DNA from: Fimbriosthenelais zetlandica
Taxonomy: Eukaryota
Assembly: GCA_977030845.1 (NCBI GenBank)
Contig: OZ365111.1
Coordinates: forward strand, 47,988,001 to 48,052,000
Direction: 5' to 3'
Length of the DNA: 64,000 bases
The notes under the pieces were generated by a model that worked only from the letters and a program-made list of their open reading frames with translations, had not been told where the DNA came from and did no database searches. The translations under genes were made by a program, and so were the position numbers. Positions 51,023 through 64,000 of the stretch are shown one piece after another (position 1 is the stretch's first letter; each line of letters begins with the position of its first letter).

Positions 51023-54000
51023 CGGGACTTATTCAATACCAGAACTAATCGTACATGACATCAGTATTCTTTCACTCTGTTTTGTTAGTGACTTACATGT
51101 CTTTGGACAATCAACCTCGCAACAACACATGGAAACCAAGTCAACACCAGAGAAAGCCCATCCATCTCTACCATAGCATGACCACTGTCGATACGGATAC
51201 AATGACTAGCAACTCATCTTAGACTTTGACACTTAGAGAATGAAGGCCTTCGGCTCGATAACAATACACAAAACCCACAGCCCACGAAAGGTTGAAAGAA
51301 AAATCAATCTCGGAGCTAACACACCACAACATGCCATTTCCTTGGCCAACGGGAGCAAGCATGCAAGGCCCTGCGTACATGCATTTACACATGCACGCGC
51401 CTTGCAAGTAAGGTCGAGCATTTAAAACAAGGGGTGTGGTGAGGCTAGGTCGAAATCACCTCTCCCTACAATAGGAGTGCATGTCAATGGCCTATATCAT
51501 TGTCATGATGAAACCATAGAAACTGAGGCTTATATCTGTTGACTTTCTACCCACATGGTTATTGTCTCTGATTTTAGTTTCAGAGAAAGTCCTTCAGGTC
51601 TATGGAGGACTTTTTGCATTTGGTAAGCAATGACTGGTTTCAGTTTTAGGTTATAACCAATAGGTTATTTTGTATCCGGTGGGGACTAATCATGTATACA
51701 TAGTGATTTATAAGTGTTGGCTTCAGTTTTAAGTTTTCCAAAGTCGTAAAATTCGGTTTGTATCTAAATTGGAGGCAATAGGGAACAAGTTGTCAACTCC
51801 TTCTTTAAGCTTTTAAGAAGATATGTTCCAAAACACCATAAAAGTCGCAGCCTTCCTGCTTCCAAGCATACAACATTTCCCCTGGGTTACCATAGAAACA
51901 ACCTCAGTGGCTAGTTAAGCTGAATCCTGCCTTATAAATACTAATAAGGCTCAGTCGTAATGTCTTCTTCCTAACTCCTGTTCCCCATCTCTAAACCAAG
52001 GGTCATGGATTCTTAGGGAAAAATGAGTCTATTTATATTCACGGAGCTGTGTTCTTAACGGTGGGTCATTGGGGGCCTTGCTATGGGGTTTTAACAGAGA
52101 TCTAGGGCCAACATGCGACCAATTTGCCTGCCAAGTGGGCACTCATTTCCTTTAATGCCTTGACCAAACCATAGATCAATTGCTGCTGTCTTAGAGGCGT
52201 GGCAGACGACTCAGAGCACCCATCTTCCCGCCTCGCCGCCGCCTCTCTATCCTGATAGGTTGATAGCAGTTGATTGCCGGTAATGGGCAAGGATCGCAGC
52301 TGCTTTGCAGGCTCTTGAAACAAATTGGTTTTTGCTAAGTGACAAAAGGTTGTAAAACACTCACATATGTAAGAGTTATATTATGTAGAATATAAACTCA
52401 CATATGTTGATGAATAAATAATGTTGGATGTTGGGAAATGGAACTTTTGAAAAGTGGTATGTTGACCAAGACGGCTGTAAATCTATTGGCTGATTTGAAT
52501 AAACATTGTATAGTCTAGGCTTGCTGCACTTATGTTCCCTTCCGTGAAATCAGTGAAAATTCTATTGGTTATTGCACAATTTATGTAAAAGTTTATAGTG
52601 ATGTAACATTAAAGATCAATAAAACTGAAAGTTTCCAAGCTCTAGAGTTTGAAAGGGTTCGATGTAGATGACTGATCATTGGCCACTTATACTGACGCCA
52701 CTGAGTGCCACAAAACTTACCATATCCATTCATTGGCCAGACCAATTTGTTCTGATCAACATCTCTATCTCCATTATAAGTAAAGCGGGTTGCCCAACAT
52801 TAGCAAATCATGTCATCGATGTCAGTGATACGCTCCGCATGTTAGTACCACTTTTCAAAAGTTACATTTCCCTACCTGCGACATGAAAGGGCAACATTAA
52901 ACATATATCAATTATTCAGAATTGTTTTCAGCATGCACGTTTGAAATTTGAGTTAATTTCTTCACCTAGTGTTGAGCCGATAGTGACCCGTGCACCTTGG
53001 ATTGTGCCTTTACCGCAGTGGTACCACCCTTATTATCCACCGGCGATCAGCAATACAATACCAGAGCATTATCAATATCTGATCACCATGCTGGTGTGTT
53101 GCAGACTGCGCCATCAGCCTTAATAGAAAGCCTTCTCTTTTTTTAATCGCCTGCACCATAGCATGTAAGTGAGATGTATAATTGCCTGCTTTTGGCCATG
53201 GCATGCCATTCAAGTGACTCGTGCGATGAAATGGATTTGCGACAAATAATGAATTTGCAGCGTGTATCTGAGTGTCCTGCGGGTAGGTTAGTATACCCAA
53301 GTGGATATAGTCATAAACACAAAAATCAATGTGATAGGGCCGACACAGAACCCAACCTTCTTAAAATAAAAAAAAATACATTGAAGGTACTTAGGTCATC
53401 AGTGACCGAAAATGGACCTGCATGCAAAAATATTCATTGCTTTTGGTGAGTGATAGGATCTAAATGGATCAGGCTGCTTGCGAGTCTGGTCAGGGCAACT
53501 TGGAAAGTAAGATTTGTACCACGATAAACTTGTATGCAAGCATTTGTGACTACTTATAGACTTCACAGGCCAGAAACTTTCCATAACTTCCTGCTCAGGT
53601 CCATGACACTGCAACCTCCGTGCCACAAAGACATATGCGTTAATTATGCATGCTCTTATACTTGATTGACATATCGATTGGTAAAGGCCGCATAAAATCA
53701 CCATTGGGCTTTGCATAAAACGAAAATGCACATTGTCCCGCAAAATAAGCATTCTTCATGATGGCTAAGAGTCGGGGGACAACGGGCAGGGGTATGAGAG
53801 ATCATTGCATGCTCTTTTATAGACAGGTAAGTGTTGGTTGCCTTTATCTCCCAAACGTAAGCCTCGGCAGCTAGGTGAACCAATGCATTAGGCCCACAAT
53901 GCCGACCACTAAGTGCAACACTGAAAAGACACAAAAGTCCAAAATGGCATGGTTTTGTTGGCGCCGTGACATTGTCTCCCCAGTGACTTTCTGTCATGAT

Positions 54001-55268
54001 CAGAAAAAGCTGCGGCCCTTTTGTAACCTTCCGCCAGCCCCGTGCAGTAAATGGAGGGAAACTATCTATCTCCTCTGATCGCCCTTCATTCATTCCACCC
54101 TTACCTGGGGATTGTTAACGTTTAATGTCTTATTAATGCATATGAATTTGCTTTGAATGAGTGGATTTTAAGGTGCTCATTCAAGGTCACCCCATCCGTC
54201 ATTAAAGCTTTTGTTCCTTTGCCATCATGCGGCGATGATAACATTATGGACACTATCGTCGTCAGCCTAGCACAGAAGTTTTTTTGGGGCGGACAGAAAG
54301 CCCAGAACAGAATGTTTTTCTGCATATTCTCATCAGTCTGTCAGCCTTGCCGATATGGATGCACTTAAAATATTGGGATAATGGTGGCAACTTTGTCTTA
54401 TAGTATTTGAATGTTTCATTACTTTCTGCTGCATGATGGGCGAAACTCAAAAGAGATATGATTACACTATGATCATAGGCAAGAACGAGGGAAGTCTATA
54501 GTAAATTGTGTATCATCAGATGATTTTACTGACTGGTTTTGCCATACTTCTGCCAACTTTGAGGCAATTCTGAGTTTTCGCCTCACGACGAAGTACAGCC
54601 ACAGCAAGTAGCACTCAATGACTCTCAAAGCAACAATTGTTCCCATCTTCTCCAGGGTCAACCGGGGACAGAAAATTACAAGACATCGTCAGGCCACACC
54701 CTGTTCAGGCAAGTGCATCGGTAATGTGGAAGAATTGAATGTGGTAGTTTCCCTCCATGGGAATGTTGAAGCAGCTATCAATTTGTAAGACGGTTACCTG
54801 GGCTGAAGTCGGAGCCGTTGCCAAGTACATTTGCCGGCCACGTGAGGGACACACGTTTCCTGTGGCCATGATTGCAATGATCAAGAGCGAAACTCTCAAA
54901 TAAGGAGCCTACCTGGCGGTGCGAAATGATACCCTTTTAGACGCAAGGACTGAAGTGGGGAGCTCCGATTTAATAATGCGAAAAGTTGCTCGTTCCAGTG
55001 CGTTAGCGACCATTTTTACGATCACCTGCCTCCACTGTACTTGCCAGCCCCTGACGCGCTGCACCCAAATTATAGCTCTCGGGCCCGGTCGGCCGCCAAG
55101 CTGAATTCCATTTTCACAGATGATTAAAATCGGATTGGAAGCCTCAAGATTACGCTTCTAATCGGATGGAGGCGTAGCAAGTATGGAAATGACGCTAAGT
55201 TTATTTAGAGAACGCCCTCAGGTGTTATGGGGGGAATTTCTCCATCAGGCCAAGTTGTTGGCAGGAGG

Positions 55269-55332
55269 TGACGTCATCAAATGGTTATTGATGTCATTGT
55301 TTCAGCAAGGTTTAACATTTAAAAGATGGCGG
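55269..55332. promoter_or_regulatory. CRE plus YY1 consensus pair
   Basis: TGACGTCA 55269-55276 and AAGATGGCGG 55323-55332. Confidence 0.25.
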
Positions 55333-58150
55333 AGATCCGTGGGTGTCGGTCTACAATGCACGAGGTAACCTTTAAGTGGTGGACACACAATGCTTCTCAA
55401 AAAACGATCAATATTGGTTGTCTGGACAGTAAAAGTTACTTTAGACCAACTTACTACATTATACTAAATGTCAAATGAAGAACTTGGTAACATTAAAGCA
55501 TTCAATTGCTTAAACATTAAAATAAAAAAGATCAGTGATTTATAACAAATCACTTAACCCTTTAGTGTAATTGTTCCTTTCCCTCAGTACAAATTTTGGA
55601 AATAAATGTGGAAAATCAATATTAATATTGATTTTAAATCATACAGTTATTCGAACATGAATTTGTTATTCTTTCCAAGACATTGCATTTTAAGAACTCG
55701 TCTTTTTTTCCTCAGTAACTCAGCATTGTAGTTTTGTACATCTTGCAGGTGCTGTTCTGAATGTCTTCCTTCTCATTGGTCCTGCTTTCAGCCTATGTGA
55801 GCAGTGCTTGGAGCCACGTCTCAAGCAATGTGCTGGAGCAGCTAAGAAACCTCTCTTGCCTCCAGTAGCCAGTCACACTGCCGATAGTCTTAAAGAAGGC
55901 CTTCTCCCGTACCAGCCTCCCCACTCAGCCCCGCCCCCTTCCTCGCCCTAAGTGCCACCCTAAACGTCTTGATGGCTGCAGATTTGATCGTCTTCCTCCT
56001 GTCAGGCAAACACACAAGACGATCGATCTTCGCCTTAAAGCAAAGCGATTAAGGCATTTTCCCCCCGGAGGCGAGTACTGCTTCCTCACTCAATTAGAGT
56101 GATGATAAGATTACTGCGGGTTGAGGTGGGTGCCTAATTCCCTCAGAGCCTCTTAAGGTGGCCTGCCTCTCCGGGGTGGCATGCCATGGGATCGATCCGT
56201 CTATACATGTCCCCGGCCCCTTTAGGCCATCAGGGGGCGGTGGCCTCGGAGAATCTTAAGTAATCACAGGGCGGGTTCTTGTGTTGGTACAGGCGGCTGG
56301 TTTGTTGGCAGCTCTGATTATGGCATTCATCATCATGTTTGGAATCTTTATTGATGGTTTGTATCTGATTCATGACAAGATGAGCATGTCATTGAATGTC
56401 TTGAGATCATTCATTAGGGTGGGAAGGTGCGGTGTGAGGCGTGCTCTCACGGCAGTCAATCATGGTTCCATCGAGACGCTAGTCGTGCCCTTCATCACGT
56501 CCTTTAAGGAAGCTGTCAGATTAAGTGGTGATGTTCCTCCGGGCTGTAAGCTGGCTTCCTTCACACAGCCGCGTCTGTCTCCAGTCATCAATCTCACCGC
56601 TTCCGACACTGGTTATAAGGAAGAAATCAAACGCTGCCGGCGCACAGCAAGGCGGGGAGAGGGGGAGCCAGCCAATGGCTTCCTTAAGGCTGGCTCAACA
56701 CTTAAAGAGGCGTGTCTTAAGGAAGCAAAGCAGAGGCTGGAGAAGATCAGTGTATACGGGCAAATGTAGCCAAACCAAAGCAATCGAAATCAGTCAGTTA
56801 TTACAAATAACAAACAACACCTGGTGTTTGTTGGGGAGGTCTACATGGGGACGTTGTGAATAGAGGCTGCATAGCCAGTAATTCAAGTACAATGCATTTT
56901 ATGGTTAAAAAATACCGGGGGAATTCGCAGGTCAGACTACCGAAGGGCAATCACTTCAGTAGGTTGCTTATTTCTCCTGAGAAATTGATCGTTCATATAT
57001 TCATGGATTAGGATGAATTATATGCCTGACATCAACTGAAATGAAAGAGCAATTTCCATTTTGTCTCGTTTGGCTATACAATTCAAGATACCAGCAACAT
57101 CATAGGTTTTAATCAGTTGTAGGGTAAACGTTTCAAAAGAAATAGTTTATAACATTTGATACTGCCACACGTTTGGCATAGAGGACGGACAAGAGTCAGT
57201 ACCAATGATTTGTGTTTATGAGCGCAATCGGTGGCTGAATATGACAGCGGTTGCCGTTTTCTTGGAATAGCTTTCATATATATTGAGGACAATATACCCA
57301 ATAGGGGGAACCATTGTCTTCGCTCCCCCACTATGGTGAAGCCATAGTTTGAGCACTTGGGCAGGCTCATCAGGAGAACTGTCCGTGTCGTTCAGGGAGT
57401 GACAAGCATAGCGTCGTGAGACGGCCAGGAAATGAAGGGATGACCCGTGTGGGTGGCCAAGTCTTGCCAGGGAAGCCAGTGGTCGGCTACCAATTACTTG
57501 CTCATTAGTAGAGACAAAGGCCCCTGCAATGGCAGGGTGAGGCGTAGGTGAGGGCCTCACCATGGCCAGTCATCATATCACACAGCGAGGGACGAGGGAG
57601 TGTACGAGCGAATTAGCTCATATCACCAGCATGATGAGCTCCTCAAAGACATAATGAGAAGCTCAAGAGGTACAAGGGCTCAACACTCATCATGCTGGCT
57701 GTCATTTTATAGTCGTGACTGTCTAAGCTGCTTTGAGATGCAAAAGAATACCCAAAGTATCTGAAATGCAAGGACCGACTGATATTTTTCCCCCTGGGGT
57801 CTGTATTTAATGAGAAATAGAATCATATTTTTCCCATGTATATATATATGGCCACATTTAGTTTGATGGTTCTGTATAATAAAATTCCACTTTCAAGTAG
57901 ATATATTTTCCTCATAATTTGGACACCGCCAAGCTGATGTTTAGGCTATGTCATGCAACTTTTACAAAGAAGAAAACATAGATTGCTTCAGAAAATAAGA
58001 GGACTTGCCATGCCCGGAATATCCTAATATTCCTCAGAAGTCCACTTCCCTGTGAGAAAATGGTCCCTGAGCATGTGGAACATTTTTATGTTCCTGTTAG
58101 GGGAAGAAGTATAGACTAGATGAGAGTGCATATTTCCCCCAAGCTCCATG

Positions 58151-58280
58151 TTCCGGAAGTACAAGAAATGGCCGCTGGTAGGGAGCTTGAGTGTGTCCGG
58201 TGTCTTTAAGCTGAAGAAGGCCTTGTTCTAATGCGCCCGTCAAGGGCCGTCTTGCGTGTCAGATTGCCGGGCCGGAAGAC
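58151..58280. promoter_or_regulatory. ETS/YY1-like promoter motif cluster in a CpG-richer patch
   Basis: TTCCGGAAGT 58151-58160, AAATGGCCGC 58166-58175 and a second CCGGAAG at about 58273. Confidence 0.25.
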
Positions 58281-58989
58281 GGACCATGTCCGGGGAAATT
58301 CACCACCTCCTAAGGCTTAGCCGCATGATGGGTCAGGGGTGGGGCTGACATGCAGGCAGGTCCTTAGACAACACGCAGACACATGTGTTGAGCCAGTGCC
58401 TCGGTGCTCCGGGCTTGTTTAAGTGACTACGGTGAAGGGAAGGAGCGACTTGTCACGAGAAGTAGACATTACCAATCTAACCAACTCCAGATCAATACAC
58501 AGTTAAATGATTCATTGTGTCTTCGCCAGTTCCCAGACTTTACCGTGTTCCAAAGAGGATAATAAGTGATACTTCTTTTACTTTTTTTGAAGTATATATA
58601 GGGTAAAAGTTATACCGGTACTCTATAAATTGATAATATCAAATAGCCTACAATATTTAATGCCAACAAAAATGTTCAGTTTTATGGGAATTATTTCGGA
58701 TCGGGTTTAGGAAATTATCATGTGTAAACAAATATTGTTACACATATTGACATAATTGTCCAATACAAGGTAGTGAAACAAAAACTGAATCAATCATATT
58801 TCTTTCATGGCTGGTTGCTGGCATTCATTTTATTTAATATCTGGTGATTTTATCAAAATCGGTGTCCATTGCCAATACTGGAGAATCCAATAAAACAACC
58901 AGATATTCTAGACGGTATCCAAAGAAAACCAGAGTGTTCTTGTTTTTATTCTGGTGGGATGCTTGCTTCATGTTTGTCTCTCCTCTCAG

Positions 58990-59190
58990 CAGGAGGTGTC
59001 AGGGCTTCCAGCACGCCGGTATCGCCCTCTTGTGCCATTTTGCAGAACTGATGAAGGATTTTGGACTGCGTCTTCAGGGAAGCCAGAATGACCGAGAGAT
59101 CATTTGAAAGAAATCTTTGGAACAATTGGGATTTATTTAATAAAGCCTATAGGTATTGATTTGTCGCTTTAATGGTCTCACTAGGTCAAG
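58990..59190 (+). other. Weak candidate non-coding or UTR exon
   Basis: NAGNAG acceptor TTTGTCTCTCCTCTCAG|CAG| and consensus donor AAG|GTAAGT at 59191. No frame I checked stays open across it. Confidence 0.15.
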
Positions 59191-62100
59191 GTAAGTAAGT
59201 CTATTTAAGGCTACCTTTTGTTACTGAAGCAATAGTTACCTCTGAGCATGGTCAAGTCATGAAAACATGAATAATCATAATGCAATACTTTTGCTATTAA
59301 TTGACTAGGACAATGAGGATTAGCTAACAATCATAGATACAGACTGACTTCTGATAAAGTCTCATTGTCCTTTGTCTGTGTCACCGGAGTATTGGTTAGT
59401 CACAAAGACTCTGAATGCCTTGCAAAATGGGGGTCATGCTCAGGCGATCAAGGGGCCAATATGAAGAATGGCCTCTCAGTCATAACTATATTACGACTTG
59501 CATCCCTGAGAAAATTATCTCTCCTCTCCTGCATAGATGGTCGATCTCTGGAGGGACAGAAACTAATGACCAACTGGCATTAAAGGCCAAGGCATGACCC
59601 ACTCAAGGCTCCCTCGAGATGTCAAAAACATTGATGTACTTTAAGACACAAAAGTAGTTCGTGATCTTCGAACGCTGACGGTGCCTTCATCAAAGACTCA
59701 GGGCGAGGTTCTCATCGCTCTCGCGGGATCCTCGTGTCAGGGGTCAGAAGCATACGACCCCTAGCGGTCAAACGATAGCCAGCCTGTGTCAGTTGTGTCC
59801 ACTAGCAAATTGATATAATGGACACAGAACAGACGGCCACTCGGCGCCTGGACACCCTCAAGGTCAGGGCTGAGAGTCAAAGGTCATCTACGAGATGTGA
59901 CTTCCGGTAGGTTGGTGTCGCGGTGGTTTTATGCCGCCTGAATAATGCAGGAATGATAGAGGCCTAGTGGCCAGTTAGAGACCTTGGTGCAGGGCCAAAG
60001 CACTCTGGTTTGTATCCGATTAGCAAGGAGGGAAGCAGTGATGTGTGAGGGAGATAGAAGGAGCAGGACTTGGAGTTGAGTTTAGCCACGAGCAAGAGTT
60101 GAGAGAAAGTTAGATGCCAACAAGTTGAACGCGTCTTCTATAAGGAAATCAGTGTATGAGGCGGTGGAAATTTTACACAGCAGATAGTTCAAGTCATCCT
60201 TCAAATATTTCTTCTTAGATTCAAAGGTTCTCTGAGTCTCAGTACACTTTTAGTGTACTACTCAAAGCTTCTGCCATGAAGAAACCAACATTTCCATATA
60301 CTACTTAGCCCAATTGCACTTTGACGAAGAAGCATTTCCTAAGGGAAATAACGAGATTTTTTCTAGACATTAGGCCTACATCTTAAATAATCTGTGCAAA
60401 ATATGATTGGCGCTTTCCTTGCTCTCACACAGCGCACACTTGGTGTCGTTTGTTACATTATGAATGTGTGTTTGCCTAGCCAAGTGATAAGACTCGCTGA
60501 CCCTAACCACTCTTGTCTCACAGCCACTCAGTCCATCCATATTTCATATTTTCCCTCTCGGACCTCCTTGTTGCTCTCCGGCACGGTTTCCCCCGCCTCA
60601 AAACCACCTAGGGAAACAATGTGGGTTCGCAATTTTCGTATCAGAGACCTCTGGGGGCAACCGCGAAGCACTAAATCAGAACACTTATCAAGAACAAAAA
60701 CCACAGTGGCTGACTCTGGTTGCCATGGCAGCCATAAGGTTACCATGGTAGGGATGATTTATGGTCCTTATCGGGACTTTTGGCTGGCGTGTTCCGCTTG
60801 GAGGAGCGCTGGAAGCGTTATTGCTCAGAGACAATGCGGAGTGGGAGCGTTTGACTTGGAGGAACACGTCTCGCCTCTTCAAGCTTCGCAGACTAACAAC
60901 CAAAGCTCATTTCTCAGACCGCTCTGTGAGTGGGGTGAGACGCGGATAGGGCGCGTAAAGGGTGGGGGAGCACGATCCAACAGGCGACAGGGCGTGCAAG
61001 ACCCCGCAACTTGGCGAATGAATAACAAGGGGAAGAGGTGAGGGCACAACCTTTAAACACTGAGAGAATGGGGTGTTTTCCTACAGTCATTGGTCATCAA
61101 ATGGTCCTCTCAGTTGCAGTGCTCACCAGAATAGCTTTGGCAGCATACATGTTGATTTCATTTGTTACAGCCATTACATTGTTTTGACAAACCTCTGAAA
61201 AGCAATATCTCTTATCAATGTCCTTAGGCTATATATTCACATTTCCATTTCTCATTGGCTGGTAATCGTTAGAAGAGGATATTATCTATGAGCTCTCGTT
61301 TTGAAAACGTCATTACATACAAAAGCACTAGCAATCAATTTCAGGAACACACTATAATTTGGCATTGTTCAAAGAAAATTGCAAAAGAATTGCTATTGCA
61401 AGTTTCTAATGGCTTCTAAACTTCAAACAAGGGTCTGCATACGCCTAAACACGAACCCAGTCCCCTCCATAACCAGCCTACGCCAGTCATATCCCTGGCT
61501 CCATCTCATGGCAGGATTATGAACTGTCCATGGGTCAATACCCATCCCTCCTGCCCTCCCACCACTCCTCATTTCAGTAGACATACAAAAAACAAATTTG
61601 CGGCCGTTCCAATAAGGTTTCCTTGGCAGCAGGGGGTGGTCGGCAAAGATAATCATGCTGCCAGGATGGAGAGAGTGCTCCCTTGGGCCCTCGGCGCAAT
61701 TGGAATCAAAGTCCAAAGGGGATGTGTTTAATTACCAGAAATGTGGCGTTCCTTCAACGCAAGCCATTATGTCCGCCTGAAAAGCTTAACTTTGGAGTTT
61801 TGTTTTGTAATTGATGGGTGCCCGAGGAGTCGTGGGCTGGCTTCACCAAGCACAAAATGAAATACTCGTTAATATGTGGAGGGCAGGGACGAGGTGGCCA
61901 ACTTGTGGCTGGGTCGGTGCTAGCTTGGGCACTATCTGACTGACCAAGCACACATTGACATTCCTCGCCCGCGTCTCAAATAATAGAGAAGACAGATGAC
62001 AACGCCAAGTCCATTTGCTATTGGACAATCGGTCTTGTAACCTCGCCGCGAGAGGTTAAAGGTCGCAATATCCTCGTGCGACTCGGGACGCAAGATTGAT

Positions 62101-64000
62101 GCGCAGACGACCACGGCGCAGGAGGTCTGCATTTAGCGAGGATTCCTCGCGGTGGTGGAGGGAGAATTTAAAGTGGAGGATAGATGGGGCGATGTGCTCC
62201 CCATCGGCTTCCACTCTTGTATATCAGGAGCAATTTAGAATTTCCTTGTAGCAAAGGACGGGAATAATCCCATTGGCCTGGCCATCGAGTAGTTGTTTAT
62301 TGGTTTTGTCCTCGCTCCTCTGTCACGACCTCGGTCGCGCCATCCTGCTCACTCCTACCCTGATCTGATTTATCTTGGCAATGAGAGTCACCAAGGAAGC
62401 ACACAGACAAATTACCCCAGGCATTTACATCGCCCACCAAGCAGTCCACTAATACAATGTGGCGCTGCCTGATCTACAAGAGAACTTTATTGCCCCATGA
62501 CCAAGAAGAGTTCCAACACTACCAATATGGCCTCTGCTCCCCCCAGACCCCGGCCCTGGCATGGCGCCCCCCTGTGGTCTCATTTCCGTTCTCTCCAAAA
62601 TTAAGGCTGTAGTAAACGAGACAGAGAGTAGTTGTGGATGCTCTATGCGCACATCCCTGGACCTTTCATGTCCCTTCGTGGCATTCTTAGCTTATCTACG
62701 GTCATATTGCATTCCTGCTCCCATTTTCTCTGAGCCGAGTATTTGCAGGGTTCATTATGTGACATATGGCCGCCATTATCCTGGTGGATATTCATAATAA
62801 TCAAGAATAAAGATAAAGGAGTGACTTATGGAACTCTCGTTTACAGTTTTTCCGCAATGTGGAAGTAAATCAGTGATGAGCTTTATTCACACAATAAGAT
62901 CCGCTGCCTCGATCGGAAAGTGGAAGACAAAGGTAATAAAAATATGATGAATTCGTGCTCAGGCACTTTTGTAATAATATTTGGAAAATTATCAGTTTTC
63001 CACATTTCAAGCTGCTTGAGGTCGTCTAATTGACAAGAGAAGAAAATGTGGTGTTTCCATGCACGTGAAGTTAAAAACAGACTGAGGCACGCCAGGGGAT
63101 TATCTCACTTTTAGATCGAGTTTTCAGTGATGGATGACAACTTCCCATACTCCTCCAAACTTGCACTCTGGGGCAATAACCCTAATACATAAACTGGTTG
63201 GTAGTCATTAACGGTGAGCGCTTCAGACTATCACCCCCTCTGCCTACCAAACGGCAGCTGAAGATGAGGAGGGGTTTCTATCTGGGCCAGTGTTTCTGTT
63301 CATTAAGATAAGACCGTTTCATCACTTGTAACAAATGGCTTCCGCTTCGACCCGCCCTCCACCATCACATAAGACAAGCAACTGTGACCCGACCCGATCA
63401 ATAACTAACTCCGATGCCATCTCTGCCTTTTCGTTAACAACATTAACCTAGGTGGCAGTCACTCTGCCAGTCTTTCAAACTGCGGAAATAACTTTGCGGG
63501 ATTGCATGGCAAGGACATCCACTTTTGAAATCACATTGCCACTCTCTATCTCTTTATCCTTCCTCTCTGCATGGCGTTCCCTCTCCGGCGCTTGCTCCAG
63601 CTCACTCTCTTTCCCAGAGGCCAGATAATGTCGGAGCGATGCTTCCTGGCATATCTTAATTAAATCCTTTGTTTGTGATAATGAGTGACGGGTTGTAGTG
63701 TAATTGAGAGGAGGCTGGCTTCCTCTTGTGGTTTTGTCGCTGATGTTGCGGTTGTCATTTTCTCTTGGCAGGAAGGGAGAGGAGCGATGCACACGACGAT
63801 GGGTTCACATGTTTTCCGACAGGGTGACAAGAGAGTGTGCTTTGAAGATTACAACTGGTGCAGACGTCACCAGTTCGTCTGAATTGTCCCATGTGGGTTA
63901 GAAAGCAAGTATAACTGATAAGGCCGACCCAACTTGATGGTCTCTTGTCACATTTCAATGTCAAGACCTTGATGGAATGCATGGCCCCTAGCAACAAGAA

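Noticed and set aside
53823-53826. 4-nt micro-exon pattern TTTTATAG|ACAG|GTAAGT
   Set aside because: The donor is strong, but such patterns occur by chance and no partner exons can be assigned.
55554-55563. piggyBac-like end TTAACCCTTT
   Set aside because: No inward-facing partner AAAGGGTTAA was found downstream.
56281-56769. 162-aa ORF with a hydrophobic N-terminus
   Set aside because: Non-ATG start and no family resemblance. The hydrophobic stretch reflects T-rich sequence.
60394-61041. 215-aa ORF
   Set aside because: Starts at GTG, shows no motif and has competing ORFs on both strands. Not supportable as a gene.

Overview
Eukaryotic (animal) genomic DNA that looks mostly non-coding. It carries GT-AG splice-like signals, microsatellites, poly-C/poly-G runs and recurrent TAGGCCTA words. 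A marine invertebrate such as an echinoderm is my inference from repeat style only. I recognise no host gene, rRNA, tRNA or CRISPR array, and none of the listed ORFs matches a protein family I know. The best-supported structure is a 7,448-bp CACTA/EnSpm-type DNA transposon at 33124-40571. It has 19-bp CCCAG terminal inverted repeats (TIRs), an AA target-site duplication (TSD) and inverted subterminal arrays packed with CACGTG E-boxes. No transposase is visible. The interior instead holds two promoter-like modules, each with a perfect nuclear-receptor DR5 (the first also a DR2), and an ordered set of plus-strand splice and poly(A) signals. Other mobile DNA: a 1.6-kb CAGGG-ended element with a 5-bp TSD (13412-15023), a related composite element (45076-46617), a TA-flanked Tc1/mariner-type MITE (8283-8547) and a possible mini Kolobok-like element. 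A few ATG-less exon candidates (13328-13368, 21813-21982), a 300-codon decayed reading frame (24476-25377) and several transcription-factor motif clusters are reported at low confidence. All coordinates and counts were read by hand.
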